From a plasmid, in the sequence record NZ_CP084013.1: 64,000 nt of DNA; one strand, written 5' to 3'. The stretch's first letter is position 1; every line of letters starts with the position of its first letter. Under the pieces are notes generated by a model. It searched no databases. It saw nothing but the letters and a program-made list of their open reading frames with translations, and was not told the origin of the DNA. This document shows positions 10,589 through 19,152 of this stretch, piece by piece. The position numbers and the translations under genes were made by a program.

Positions 10589-11562
10589 CGGCAGCGGCCG
10601 AAACCGACGTGTGGGAGAGCGTCGCGGATGCGGTTCGCGACAAGCGGGCGCGCGACAATCGCGCCCGCCGGCTCGTCCGCCATTCCCGGATCTACGCGGT
10701 CGCCGCAGTCATCTGCCTGATCGCGGGCATGGTGCTTGTCGCCATGCCCCGCATCCAGCAGACGCTCGGCGACCGCGCCGTTGACGAGCAGGCGCGATCC
10801 GTCAGCCAGACGGCCGCGCTGTTTCCGGAATCCTCCCGTCAAAGCGTCATCCAATCTGCCATCGCATATAATCAGCGTCTTTATGAAGGCGGTCAGCCAC
10901 AGATAGGCGAACCTGTGTTCGATGGGAAGACCGAGGGCAATTTCGAGGGCGATGCCGAATACCGGCGTCAACTGTCCGTGAATGGGTTGGATGCCATGGG
11001 TGAGATTCTGATTCCGAAGATCAGCGTCGACATGCCCATCCTCCACGGAGCTGGTCAAGATGTGCTCGAACATGCGGCCGGCCATCTGGCGGGCACCAGT
11101 CTGCCTATCGGTGGCAAGAATACGCGCACCGTAATCACCGGTCATTCGAATCTGAAAGGCGCGACCCTGTTCACCCGGCTCGGTGAACTCGAAGACGGCG
11201 ACCCGTTCTATATCAAGGTCATGGGTAACACGCTCGCCTATCGAGTCACCAGCAAACGCATCGTCTCTCCTACCGACACGAAATCGTTGCGTGTCCATAA
11301 GGGGAAGGACGAGGTCACGCTCCTCACCTGTACGGGGCAGGGCAATACGCTGCGACTGCTTGTCACGGGGGAGCGCAACAGCATGCCCGATCAGGCCCCC
11401 TTGCCCGGAGATGCCACGGGGGACGTAAAAAAGGCGGCTTTTGTTTCGGGCGTCACCGTGACGGGGATATTGGCTGTCGGATTTTCGCTTTGTCGCAGTC
11501 GGCGTGCCGTGGGTCATCATATAGGTTTGCCACAGACACACGATAGCGACAATTTGCGTTAG
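10585..11562 (+). CDS. Sortase (class C-like, membrane anchored at both ends), translationally coupled to the upstream adhesin
   Basis: Catalytic signature ...TGHSNL...TLLTCTG (TLXTC) plus upstream His. N-terminal TM and C-terminal hydrophobic anchor. 4-nt overlap with adhesin stop. Confidence 0.85.
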   Translation: MTAAAETDVWESVADAVRDKRARDNRARRLVRHSRIYAVAAVICLIAGMVLVAMPRIQQTLGDRAVDEQARSVSQTAALFPESSRQSVIQSAIAYNQRLYEGGQPQIGEPVFDGKTEGNFEGDAEYRRQLSVNGLDAMGEILIPKISVDMPILHGAGQDVLEHAAGHLAGTSLPIGGKNTRTVITGHSNLKGATLFTRLGELEDGDPFYIKVMGNTLAYRVTSKRIVSPTDTKSLRVHKGKDEVTLLTCTGQGNTLRLLVTGERNSMPDQAPLPGDATGDVKKAAFVSGVTVTGILAVGFSLCRSRRAVGHHIGLPQTHDSDNLR

Positions 11563-11668
11563 TAAAAAAAAGTGTTACTATATGTTTGTGAAACAAAAAC
11601 ACGTAATCTCCCGACATCGGGGTAAACCCGAAAAGGAAGACACATACACGAGAAAGAAGAAACTCCCC

Positions 11669-14617
11669 ATGACACACGGCATCACCAAGATCACAGTGGC
11701 AACCACCGCCGTGATGGCAACCCTTGCCGCTCCGGCAGTCGCAATGGCCAACGAAACCACAACCACCGGCGACCAAACCAATCAGGCAATCACACAGGCC
11801 CAAGACAGCATCCAGCAGGCACAGCAGAGCACCACCGAAGCCAACCAGGCCATCGCACAGGCATCCCCGACCGGCGTGACCGAAGCACAGGCCAAGGCCG
11901 ACGCCGCCGCAGCCGCACTGGACACCGCCAAGCAGAACCTCGACGCCGCCGCCGCCCAGCAGCAGACAGCCGCGAACGGCCAGCAGCAGGCCCAGAAGAA
12001 TTATGACGACGCCAACAAGGCCCAGCAGCAGGCCGCACAGGATGCGACTGGCACGGCCGACAAGATCGCGGCCGCGCAGCAGGCCGCGAACGCCGCGTCC
12101 AACGCCATCGACGACGCCAACAAGGCCATGCAGCAGGCCTCCGACAACCAGTCGAAGGGCGAAACCGACAAGCAGGCCGCACAGGCCGCGAAGGATGAGG
12201 CCACGGCCGAATCCGCCTCCCATCAGCAGGCTGCCGACAAGGCCCAGACCGATATCGATGCGGCCGACAGGCAGGCCACGGACGCGCAGAAGAAGGCCGA
12301 TGCGGCGGATACCGCCATCAGTGATGCGCAGAAGAAGGCCGACCGGGCCGATGCGGACGCGAAGAAGGCCGCGAGTGACAAGGCCGCCGCCGAGAAGGAG
12401 CTGACGGAAGCCAGGAGGCAGCAGGCTTCGGCGACCGGCGACAAGACGAAGGCCGACGAGGCGGTGAACGCCGCGCAGGCCAAGCTGGATGCGGCCCGGC
12501 AGGCCGAGGCCAAGGCGCTTGAAGCCAAGCGGAAGGCCGACGCCAAGGTCGAGCAATTGTCCAAGGATGATGGAGGTCTTTCCGACCTGGCCGCGAAGCT
12601 CGAAGCGGCGAAGAAGGCCGCAGCCGATGCCGCGGCCGCCCAGCAGAAGGCGGAACAGGCGCAGAAGGATGCCGATAAGGCGGTGTCCGACTCCTCTTCC
12701 AACGCCGAGGCGAAGCAGCAGGCCGCCGCCGATGCCAAGAGCGAGGCCGACGCCAAGAAGGAAGCGGCAGACGAGGCTCAGGACAAGCTGTCTCAGGGCG
12801 CAGTGGCCTACTTCGGCGACAAGGGTGCCTCTCAGGCAGTCAAGGTTCTCACCGATCCGACCGTCACCGAGTATCTTGACGCCATTCATAATGGCGCCAA
12901 GGGTGATGCGACCACGTTGGACAACATGATCGAGGCCCTGAAGTTCATCCAGGAAGCCAATCAGCTTCGCGCGAAGGAAGGCCTGCAGCCCCTCAAGGTC
13001 AGTGACACCCTGATGGCACAGGCCATGGCGGATGCGGATTATGCCAACAACAACGTGAACCATCCACTTCAATTCCCCGCCAGCGAAAACCTCGCCTGGG
13101 GTTACACTGATCCCTTTAAGGGCTGGTACGACACGGAGAAGTCCATGTATGAGAAGGACATGTCCGACGGTGTCCTGGATTGCAAGGCCTCGGACGGCAA
13201 GCCCGTCAAACCCTGCGCTTATGGCCATTACACCACGCTGGTCAACCCCGATTTGACCCTCACCGGTTTCGGCGTCAGCCAGAACGGCAACATCACGGGT
13301 ATCGGCGGGAACACCCATAGTCAGCTGTTCACCGAAAACGCTAACGGAATCGGCTCCGACGCGGGCCGCATCATGGACGTTGACGCATACCTGACTGATT
13401 TGACTGCCTACCGTGATTCCCTGACCGGAGCCGACGCCGCATACCAGACCGCATTGTCCAAGAGCAAGCAGGCCGCACAGGACGCTTCCGATGCGGCCAA
13501 GGCGCTGGCCGCCGCCCAGCAGTCCGCGCAAAAGGCCGCTGAGGAAGCCCAGCAGGCCGCTCAGAAGGCCAGGGATTTGCAGGCTGCCGCCGACGAGGCG
13601 CAGAAAGCGTATGACGAGGCCGTGAAGGCGAACGAGGACAAGGCCAAGGCGTTGGAGGAAGCCAGGAAGGATCAGACGGCGAAGAACGAAGCGTACTCCG
13701 CCGCCCAGCAGTCCACCAAGGAAGCCCGGTCCGAAGCCGACGCCGCCACCGACGCCCAGACCGCAGCCCAGACGGCAGTGGACAAGGCGAACACGGCAGT
13801 CACCGCCGCACAGGCGAAGATCGATACCGCCGACAAGCTGGCCCAGACCGCCGCCAAGAACAAGACGGATGCGGAAGCCGCGATCAAGCAGGCGAACACG
13901 GACAAGACGAAGGCCGCAGCCGACCTGGCCGACGCCAAGGCAGCCAAGGCCGAGGCCGAGAAGGTCAAGCAGGCCGCGCTCGACGCCAAGACCGTTTCCG
14001 ACGCGAAGGTTGAAGCCGCCGCCAAGCAGGTCAAGGCCGCCGACGAGGCCATCGCCGACGCCAAGGCCGCATACGCGAAGGCGAAGGACGACCTCAACAC
14101 GGCCACCGGCAAGCTCAACGACGCCCAGAACACCATCAAGCGTCTGCAGAACGCCGAGGAGAACCTCAAGAAGGCGAACGCGAAGCTGACGGAAGCGCAG
14201 TCCAAGCTGGACGAGGCGAACAAGGCCAAGGATGAGGCCGACAAGGCATACGAGAAAGCCAAGGCCGACTATGATGCCAAGCTCGCCGACAAGCAGGCGT
14301 CCGACAAGGAGCTCGCCGCCGCCAAGCAGGCCGAAGCCGAAGCCAAGAAGCAGGCCGAGGAGGAAGCCAAGAAGCAGCAGGCGGCCCAGCAGAAGGCCGA
14401 CCAAGCCAAGAAGGATGCCGAAGCCAAGAAGCAGAAGGCCGAACAGGCCAAGAAGCAGGCTGCAGGTGTGACGAACAATGGTCTGGCCTCCACCGGATCG
14501 GACACCACCGCAATCGCCACGCTGGCGGCGATCATGACCATCGCCGGTGCTGGCTGCGTGCTCGTGCGTGTACGTTCCGCCAAACATGCCGATGGATGGC
14601 ATGCAGTCGAGGACTGA
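11669..14617 (+). CDS. Secreted M-protein-like Ala/Gln/Lys-rich coiled-coil surface protein with embedded CAP (SCP/PR-1) domain; LAXTG (LASTG) cell-wall anchor
   Basis: Signal peptide MTHGITKITVATTAVMATLAAPAVAMA (ORF-track start 11582 is probably upstream of the real start). Central ~180 aa with CAP motifs (HNGAKGD.., SENLAWGY, CAYGHYTTLV). C-terminus LASTG + TM + basic tail. Confidence 0.7.
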   Translation: MTHGITKITVATTAVMATLAAPAVAMANETTTTGDQTNQAITQAQDSIQQAQQSTTEANQAIAQASPTGVTEAQAKADAAAAALDTAKQNLDAAAAQQQTAANGQQQAQKNYDDANKAQQQAAQDATGTADKIAAAQQAANAASNAIDDANKAMQQASDNQSKGETDKQAAQAAKDEATAESASHQQAADKAQTDIDAADRQATDAQKKADAADTAISDAQKKADRADADAKKAASDKAAAEKELTEARRQQASATGDKTKADEAVNAAQAKLDAARQAEAKALEAKRKADAKVEQLSKDDGGLSDLAAKLEAAKKAAADAAAAQQKAEQAQKDADKAVSDSSSNAEAKQQAAADAKSEADAKKEAADEAQDKLSQGAVAYFGDKGASQAVKVLTDPTVTEYLDAIHNGAKGDATTLDNMIEALKFIQEANQLRAKEGLQPLKVSDTLMAQAMADADYANNNVNHPLQFPASENLAWGYTDPFKGWYDTEKSMYEKDMSDGVLDCKASDGKPVKPCAYGHYTTLVNPDLTLTGFGVSQNGNITGIGGNTHSQLFTENANGIGSDAGRIMDVDAYLTDLTAYRDSLTGADAAYQTALSKSKQAAQDASDAAKALAAAQQSAQKAAEEAQQAAQKARDLQAAADEAQKAYDEAVKANEDKAKALEEARKDQTAKNEAYSAAQQSTKEARSEADAATDAQTAAQTAVDKANTAVTAAQAKIDTADKLAQTAAKNKTDAEAAIKQANTDKTKAAADLADAKAAKAEAEKVKQAALDAKTVSDAKVEAAAKQVKAADEAIADAKAAYAKAKDDLNTATGKLNDAQNTIKRLQNAEENLKKANAKLTEAQSKLDEANKAKDEADKAYEKAKADYDAKLADKQASDKELAAAKQAEAEAKKQAEEEAKKQQAAQQKADQAKKDAEAKKQKAEQAKKQAAGVTNNGLASTGSDTTAIATLAAIMTIAGAGCVLVRVRSAKHADGWHAVED

Positions 14618-14637
14618 TTCTCACCGCACCAAACGTG

Positions 14638-14680
14638 TTTTGCCCGCCTTCGACCCGAAACAGGGGAGAGGCGGGCAAAA
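14638..14680. terminator. GC-rich inverted repeat (TTTTGCCCGCCT...AGGCGGGCAAAA) downstream of the coiled-coil surface protein gene; putative bidirectional intrinsic terminator
   Basis: 8-9 bp perfect stem GCCCGCCT/AGGCGGGC with flanking T/A runs, immediately 3' of the stop at 14617. Confidence 0.35.
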
Positions 14681-14766
14681 CCGTATTCCCACATACCGAA
14701 GCAAAACGGTAGCTTCTTTTGTTACTATCAGAAAAAAGTCAGTGAATTGCGTGAAAGGGTCTGGCT

Positions 14767-15084
14767 ATGAACGATGTGGGCCATGCGCCACTCCCAGGCG
14801 ACGTGCTGCTACACCAATACCTGCAACCAAACAACATCACCATGTACCGTCTGGCGAAAGCCATGAACCTGCCACAAACCACCATCAGTGGCCTGATACA
14901 CGGGAAAAGACGCATCACCACAAGCCTCGCATACCATCTCGCCTACGTGTTGGGCACATCACCGGAATACTGGCTGGAATTGCAGATGAATTACGACATT
15001 GAAAACTACGACAAATTCAACGAAAGCGGACTGACGGTCCTCATTGATAATACGGTCGGCGACACTGTCCAATCAGAACGATGA
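14767..15084 (+). CDS. HigA/VapI-family HTH (XRE) antidote-like protein with no adjacent toxin
   Basis: PGDVLLHQYLQP..ITMYRLAKAMNLPQTTISGLIHGKRRITTSLAYHLAYVLGTSPEYWLELQ matches the HigA addiction-module antidote fold. No HigB/RelE-like ORF on either side. Confidence 0.6.
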   Translation: MNDVGHAPLPGDVLLHQYLQPNNITMYRLAKAMNLPQTTISGLIHGKRRITTSLAYHLAYVLGTSPEYWLELQMNYDIENYDKFNESGLTVLIDNTVGDTVQSER

Positions 15085-15379
15085 CGAGCAGAAGAATCCG
15101 CTAACGCCAGTTTCGTCCATGCCCACTTTGATGGCCTCGATTCCGCCAATTCGTTTTCCGCTGCCGCGCATTGTACTGCTGAGAATATTCTGTGCCGGCG
15201 CTTGTCCTTGTATTTTCTCCCTCGGAGTGGCTGAATAGGGCTCGTTTCCATTGGTTTGCGTTCATAGAATTCTTTCTTAGTTGGGAGAGGGGACTTCTTA
15301 TTGAGAACTATTCCTATCTGACATAAGATACATTATCGGCTAAAAAACGATTTTAGGATAATGCTTGTTTCGCTTCCCC

Positions 15380-16645
15380 CTAGAAGAGCTCGTTTTGTAT
15401 TGGTTTGCTGAGTCGTGCGTGGATCAGCTTGATATAGTCGGGATCGAGTTCGCTTGCCGTGCATTGCATGTGTTCGAGCAGACATGCTTCCAATGTGGTG
15501 CCGCTTCCGGCGAACGGCTCCAGCACGAGACCATCCGCCGGGGTGACGAGACGGACAAGCCAGCGCATGAGTTCGACCGGTTTGACTGTCGGATGGAGGA
15601 TGCCGTCGACTTTCGGCCGTTCAGACGGTGAGGCTTTCGGACAATACCTGAAAACCGGGTAGAATCGACTCGCGCCGCCCATATCGTCATATTCGGCGCC
15701 GGTATGGGTCATGCCCCAGCCGTCACCGGGTTTCGTGCTTGCGCGTGGTTTGCCTTTTCGACTGACGGTGACGCCGGACTGTCGGTCGAGTTCCTTGGCC
15801 GTGGACTGGTCGAACAGCATGTTCGGCGTGAAACGGGCGGCAGCCGTGTAGTCGGTGCGATTCGCTTTGTCCGCACCATATACATGGTTGTCTCTCGGCC
15901 CGGAGCCGAACCGTCCATGCTGGTTCTTGCCCTTCGACTCCGCCTCGTCCGCCGTGTTGCGGAATGGGACGCGGCATGCGTCGATATGCAACGCGCCTGT
16001 CCCGTGTCCGAGCAGATTGTGGGCGAGATTCCCGTCCAACGGCTTGCGGGCCAGACAGATGGGTTCGTGCGCGGGCTTCAGCTGGCTGTACCAGCCTTTG
16101 AACGGTTTCGCCGTCTCGGATCGCGTCGGCTCCACATCCTCGCGGCGTTCCCGGTCGATCATGAGCGTCGCATCCGAACCGTGTGGCATGCCGGACGCGT
16201 ACACCCAGTCGATCTGGTCGCGGATTTCGAAGCCCGCATCCTCGATCGCGCCGGCGAGCCGATGATAGGTGCGGCTCGCGGCGAACGCGGCAACATGCCC
16301 GCCCGGCTTCAGAACGCGCAGGATATCCTTCCACAGGTCCACGTCGAACGCGATGCCTGTGGAATCGAAGCTGCGGTTCATGAAACCGATCTCATACGGC
16401 GGGTCGGTGACGACGGAATCCACGCTGTTGTCCGGTAAGGAGGCGATGAGTCGGCGACAATCCCCCTTGTATAGGCGGAGGTTGTCGCCCAGATCTTCCA
16501 GCTCGTTGACACTCCCGTGGTTGAAACCACGGGATTCCTGCGAACTGGGCTTGCTTGGATTCAGACGATACGCCTGAATCCAGAGGCTTCCCATTTTTAG
16601 CGGGCTATCCCCGGTTGTCGGCCGGTTCCTCTTCTCTTTCGTCAT
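15380..16645 (-). CDS. DNA methyltransferase, beta-class N6-adenine/N4-cytosine (DPPY motif before FxGxG motif); N-terminal ~30 codons overlap the IS200/IS605 right end
   Basis: Motif IV TDPPYEIGF precedes motif I LVLEPFAGSGTT (beta permutation, PF01555-like). Start codon overlaps tnpB stop (ATGA). No restriction endonuclease gene adjacent. Downstream AT-rich region 15230-15370. Confidence 0.8.
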   Translation of the reverse strand: MTKEKRNRPTTGDSPLKMGSLWIQAYRLNPSKPSSQESRGFNHGSVNELEDLGDNLRLYKGDCRRLIASLPDNSVDSVVTDPPYEIGFMNRSFDSTGIAFDVDLWKDILRVLKPGGHVAAFAASRTYHRLAGAIEDAGFEIRDQIDWVYASGMPHGSDATLMIDRERREDVEPTRSETAKPFKGWYSQLKPAHEPICLARKPLDGNLAHNLLGHGTGALHIDACRVPFRNTADEAESKGKNQHGRFGSGPRDNHVYGADKANRTDYTAAARFTPNMLFDQSTAKELDRQSGVTVSRKGKPRASTKPGDGWGMTHTGAEYDDMGGASRFYPVFRYCPKASPSERPKVDGILHPTVKPVELMRWLVRLVTPADGLVLEPFAGSGTTLEACLLEHMQCTASELDPDYIKLIHARLSKPIQNELF

Positions 16646-17814
16646 GCTTCTTCCCGGCTGAGCCGCAATGCCTCGTCGCGGATGTTCAACGCGGCGTTCA
16701 CGTCCCTGTCATGCCGGATATGGCAGTTTTCGCAGGTCCATTCGCGTTCGGACAGCCGCAACTCCTTGTACTTGTGCCCGCAGTCGTGGCAGAGTTTGGA
16801 ACTCGGGTAGAACCTGTCCACTTGGACGAGGGTGCGACCATACCATTCCGCCTTGTGGGAGAGCTTGGCCACGAGGCCGCTCCACCCGTCGCGGAGTATG
16901 GAACGGTTCATCGCGCGTTTGCGTGACTGGCCGTTGCGCATGGGTCTGCCTTCGGCGTCCAGCCTCTTGCGTGCCTTCCGTGTCATGTTCCGTACCATCA
17001 GGGTCTCCATGCCGATGAATTGGTTCTCTTCTATCAGCCTGTGGGACAGTTGGTGCTGGAAGTTATCGCGGTAGTGGCGGAGCTTGGCGTACGCCTTGGC
17101 TACGATCGCCCTCTGCTTGCGGTAGTTGTTCGACCCTTTCGTTCTGTGGGACAGTTTGCGCTGCTCCCATCTGACGTCCTCCTCCAATCGGCGCAGCCGG
17201 TTCGGATAGTCGATTTTCTCGCCGGTGGACAATGTGAGGAGATTCTTGACACCCAAGTCGATGCCGATACGGCCTTCGGCCCGCGTTTTCGGCTGGATGT
17301 CCACGTCGAACAGGAGCACGAGATAGTATGTGCGGTTCTCGCGTTTCACCGTCCAGCTGGACAATGATTCGATTGGATGGCGGAGCCGGTCGCGTTTGCG
17401 GATGCGCACCGAGCCGAGCTTCTTGGTCAACGGGTACCGGTTGCCGTTCATACGGCGTATCGGCATGGTGTTGCGGAACGATTGGATGCTGTCGTTCCTT
17501 GAGGCGAAACGGGGACGATGCTTCTCGTACTGGGCTTTGCGGAAGTACGCGGATTGCGCCTTGCGGAAGTCCATGATGGCGTTGCTCAACGCGTTCGACG
17601 GGATCGGACTGTCCTTGAGCCATCCGTTCGCGTTCTTCATGCCGGTCACGTTCGGATATTCGGGTTTCGGGTTCGTTTCCTTGTCGTACGTGTTGAACGC
17701 CTCGACCTGCTGGTTGTAGGCGAAACGCCTGTCGCCGAAGCATCGTTCCAGCAACGCGGCTTGGGTCTTGGACGGCGTGAACGGTATGCGCTGCGCCACC
17801 TTGCGCATGGTCAT
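16642..17814 (-). CDS. tnpB: TnpB (IS605 OrfB; RuvC-like + zinc-finger, OMEGA-type RNA-guided nuclease family)
   Basis: 390 aa. C-terminal CHDCGH...CENCH zinc finger followed by DRDVNAALNI, characteristic of TnpB/OrfB. Confidence 0.9.
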   Translation of the reverse strand: MTMRKVAQRIPFTPSKTQAALLERCFGDRRFAYNQQVEAFNTYDKETNPKPEYPNVTGMKNANGWLKDSPIPSNALSNAIMDFRKAQSAYFRKAQYEKHRPRFASRNDSIQSFRNTMPIRRMNGNRYPLTKKLGSVRIRKRDRLRHPIESLSSWTVKRENRTYYLVLLFDVDIQPKTRAEGRIGIDLGVKNLLTLSTGEKIDYPNRLRRLEEDVRWEQRKLSHRTKGSNNYRKQRAIVAKAYAKLRHYRDNFQHQLSHRLIEENQFIGMETLMVRNMTRKARKRLDAEGRPMRNGQSRKRAMNRSILRDGWSGLVAKLSHKAEWYGRTLVQVDRFYPSSKLCHDCGHKYKELRLSEREWTCENCHIRHDRDVNAALNIRDEALRLSREEA

Positions 17815-18254
17815 TGCGATTCACGCTCCTTAGACCGTTGGTCGTCGATGTATTTGGCCACCGCCTGCTCGTTGACCGAGCCGATGCTTTCCGCGAAATA
17901 GCTGGGCGACCACAGGCTCCGTTCGCCCTTGCGTTTCCAGTACTGGCTTTTCAGTTCGGGGTGCATGGCGAACAGTCGTAGACTGGATGTGCCCTTCAAT
18001 TGTTTGACGATGCTGCTCACGCTGATTTTCGGCGGCGCTGACACGAACAGGTGGATGTGGTCGTCCAAGCCGACCTCCATATGGGGAATGCGGTAGCCGT
18101 GCTCGTCGGCTATCTCCCTGAGAATCGTCTTCAAATCCGAGTCGATTCCGTTCTTGAGCACCTTGCGGCGGTATTTCGTGCACCAGATGATGTGGTAGTT
18201 CAGATTGTACACCGAAGTCCTACCATGTGTGAACCGTTCATCGCTTGCGCTCAT
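17811..18254 (-). CDS. tnpA: IS200/IS605 TnpA (Y1 HUH transposase)
   Basis: 147 aa. YHIIWCTKYR..., HIHLFV (HUH) and conserved Tyr region, typical of IS200-like transposases. Confidence 0.9.
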   Translation of the reverse strand: MSASDERFTHGRTSVYNLNYHIIWCTKYRRKVLKNGIDSDLKTILREIADEHGYRIPHMEVGLDDHIHLFVSAPPKISVSSIVKQLKGTSSLRLFAMHPELKSQYWKRKGERSLWSPSYFAESIGSVNEQAVAKYIDDQRSKERESQ

Positions 18255-18361
18255 GGGAATAATCGTAGCACATTCGCTACCATATGTAAACTTCGGTACG
18301 CCCTAACCCGGCATTGAAATACCGGGTTTGCGGGCTAAAACCTCATCAATGTCGGAACCGT

Positions 18362-18952
18362 TTAGAATTCCGGGTCGGTGCCGTCGCCGTTCGGATCCGT
18401 GCTGGCTGGCGTGGTCGTAGCCCACGGATCCATTGCGGGCTGTGAGGGTGCCGCAGGTTGCGCCGGTGTCTGTGCGGGAGCCTGTTGGCTGTAACCCTGC
18501 TGCTGGTAGTTGTTGTATGCGCCTTGCTGATAGCCGTTGTTCGGCTGCTGGTATCCGCCGCCGTAATTGTTCTGCCGGTAGCCGTTGCCGTTGGACTGTT
18601 GGCCGCTGGTCTTCTGAAATTGCGCGACGCCGAACCGGAGGCTGGGGCCAAGGTCGGTGACGATCATTTCAAGATTGCTGCGCTGTTGGCCGGTGTTCTT
18701 GTCCGTCCAGCTGTTGGTTTTCATGTATCCGGTGGCTACCACGCGCATGCCCTTATAGCAGGAGCGCATGATGTTCTGGGCAAGGTCTCCGAATGCGGCG
18801 CACCGCATGAATACGGCATCCCCATCCACTGTCTGCCCGTTACGGTCACGTCGACGCGTATTGTGCGCGATGGTGAAAGTGACCGTATCTCCCCTCTGCT
18901 CGGGGTTTGCGGTGATATTGCCTACGAGTGTGAGTGTCGGCTCTCCTGCCAT
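18362..18952 (-). CDS. ssb: Single-stranded DNA-binding protein
   Basis: N-terminal OB-fold (MAGEPTLTLVGNITANPEQRG..), Gly/Gln/Tyr-rich linker and acidic C-terminal tip ...DPNGDGTDPEF. Confidence 0.9.
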   Translation of the reverse strand: MAGEPTLTLVGNITANPEQRGDTVTFTIAHNTRRRDRNGQTVDGDAVFMRCAAFGDLAQNIMRSCYKGMRVVATGYMKTNSWTDKNTGQQRSNLEMIVTDLGPSLRFGVAQFQKTSGQQSNGNGYRQNNYGGGYQQPNNGYQQGAYNNYQQQGYSQQAPAQTPAQPAAPSQPAMDPWATTTPASTDPNGDGTDPEF

Positions 18953-18966
18953 GGGTTCCTGGTCTC

Positions 18967-18993
18967 CTTATTTTTTCTATGTGAACATATTCA
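18967..18993 (-). promoter_or_regulatory. Copy 1 of conserved 26-nt motif (gene-strand TTGTTATACTGAATATGTTCACATAG), 15 nt upstream of the ssb RBS; putative extended -10 promoter + operator
   Basis: Seen directly in the sequence. TGTTATACT resembles TGn-TATAAT. Followed by the conserved box AATATGT(C/T)CACATAG, then AAGGAGACC and ATG. Confidence 0.5.
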
Positions 18994-19152
18994 GTATAAC
19001 AAGCATATACGAAGAAAAGGCATGTCGGATAAGCATCAGGACAGAGGAGAAAAACCTGACACCAATCCGACATACCCCTTTTAGCAGGATGGGCTCACTC
19101 CACTACGGCGGAATGAGCCCATCAAGGTTTCTATCCGATCAGCGTGACCGTC

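Larger units (their letters stand above)
16560..18330 (-). mobile_element. IS200/IS605-family insertion sequence (tnpA + tnpB)
   Basis: Y1-HUH TnpA + TnpB with 4-nt overlap. Subterminal hairpins at both ends: AACCCGG-N10-CCGGGTT at ~18270-18300 (left-end-like) and imperfect ATTCAGACG-ATA-CGCCTGAAT at ~16558-16580 (right-end-like). Boundaries approximate. Confidence 0.75.

Noticed and set aside
11453-14602. 1049-aa minus-strand ORF (Gly/Leu/Arg-rich) covering the whole coiled-coil surface protein gene
   Set aside because: Antisense shadow ORF of an Ala/Lys/Gln-rich GC-rich gene. Low-complexity GLLLG composition, no start context. The plus-strand gene has signal peptide, CAP domain and LAXTG anchor.
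14618-14766. A HigB/RelE-like toxin gene upstream of the HigA-like HTH at 14767
   Set aside because: No ORF of suitable size or composition on either side. The 150-bp upstream interval is occupied by a terminator-like inverted repeat and promoter-like AT-rich sequence, so the HTH gene is treated as orphan.
15704-16438. 244-aa plus-strand ORF opposite the DNA methyltransferase
   Set aside because: Antisense to a gene with unambiguous DPPY and FxGxG MTase motifs. No motifs of its own.
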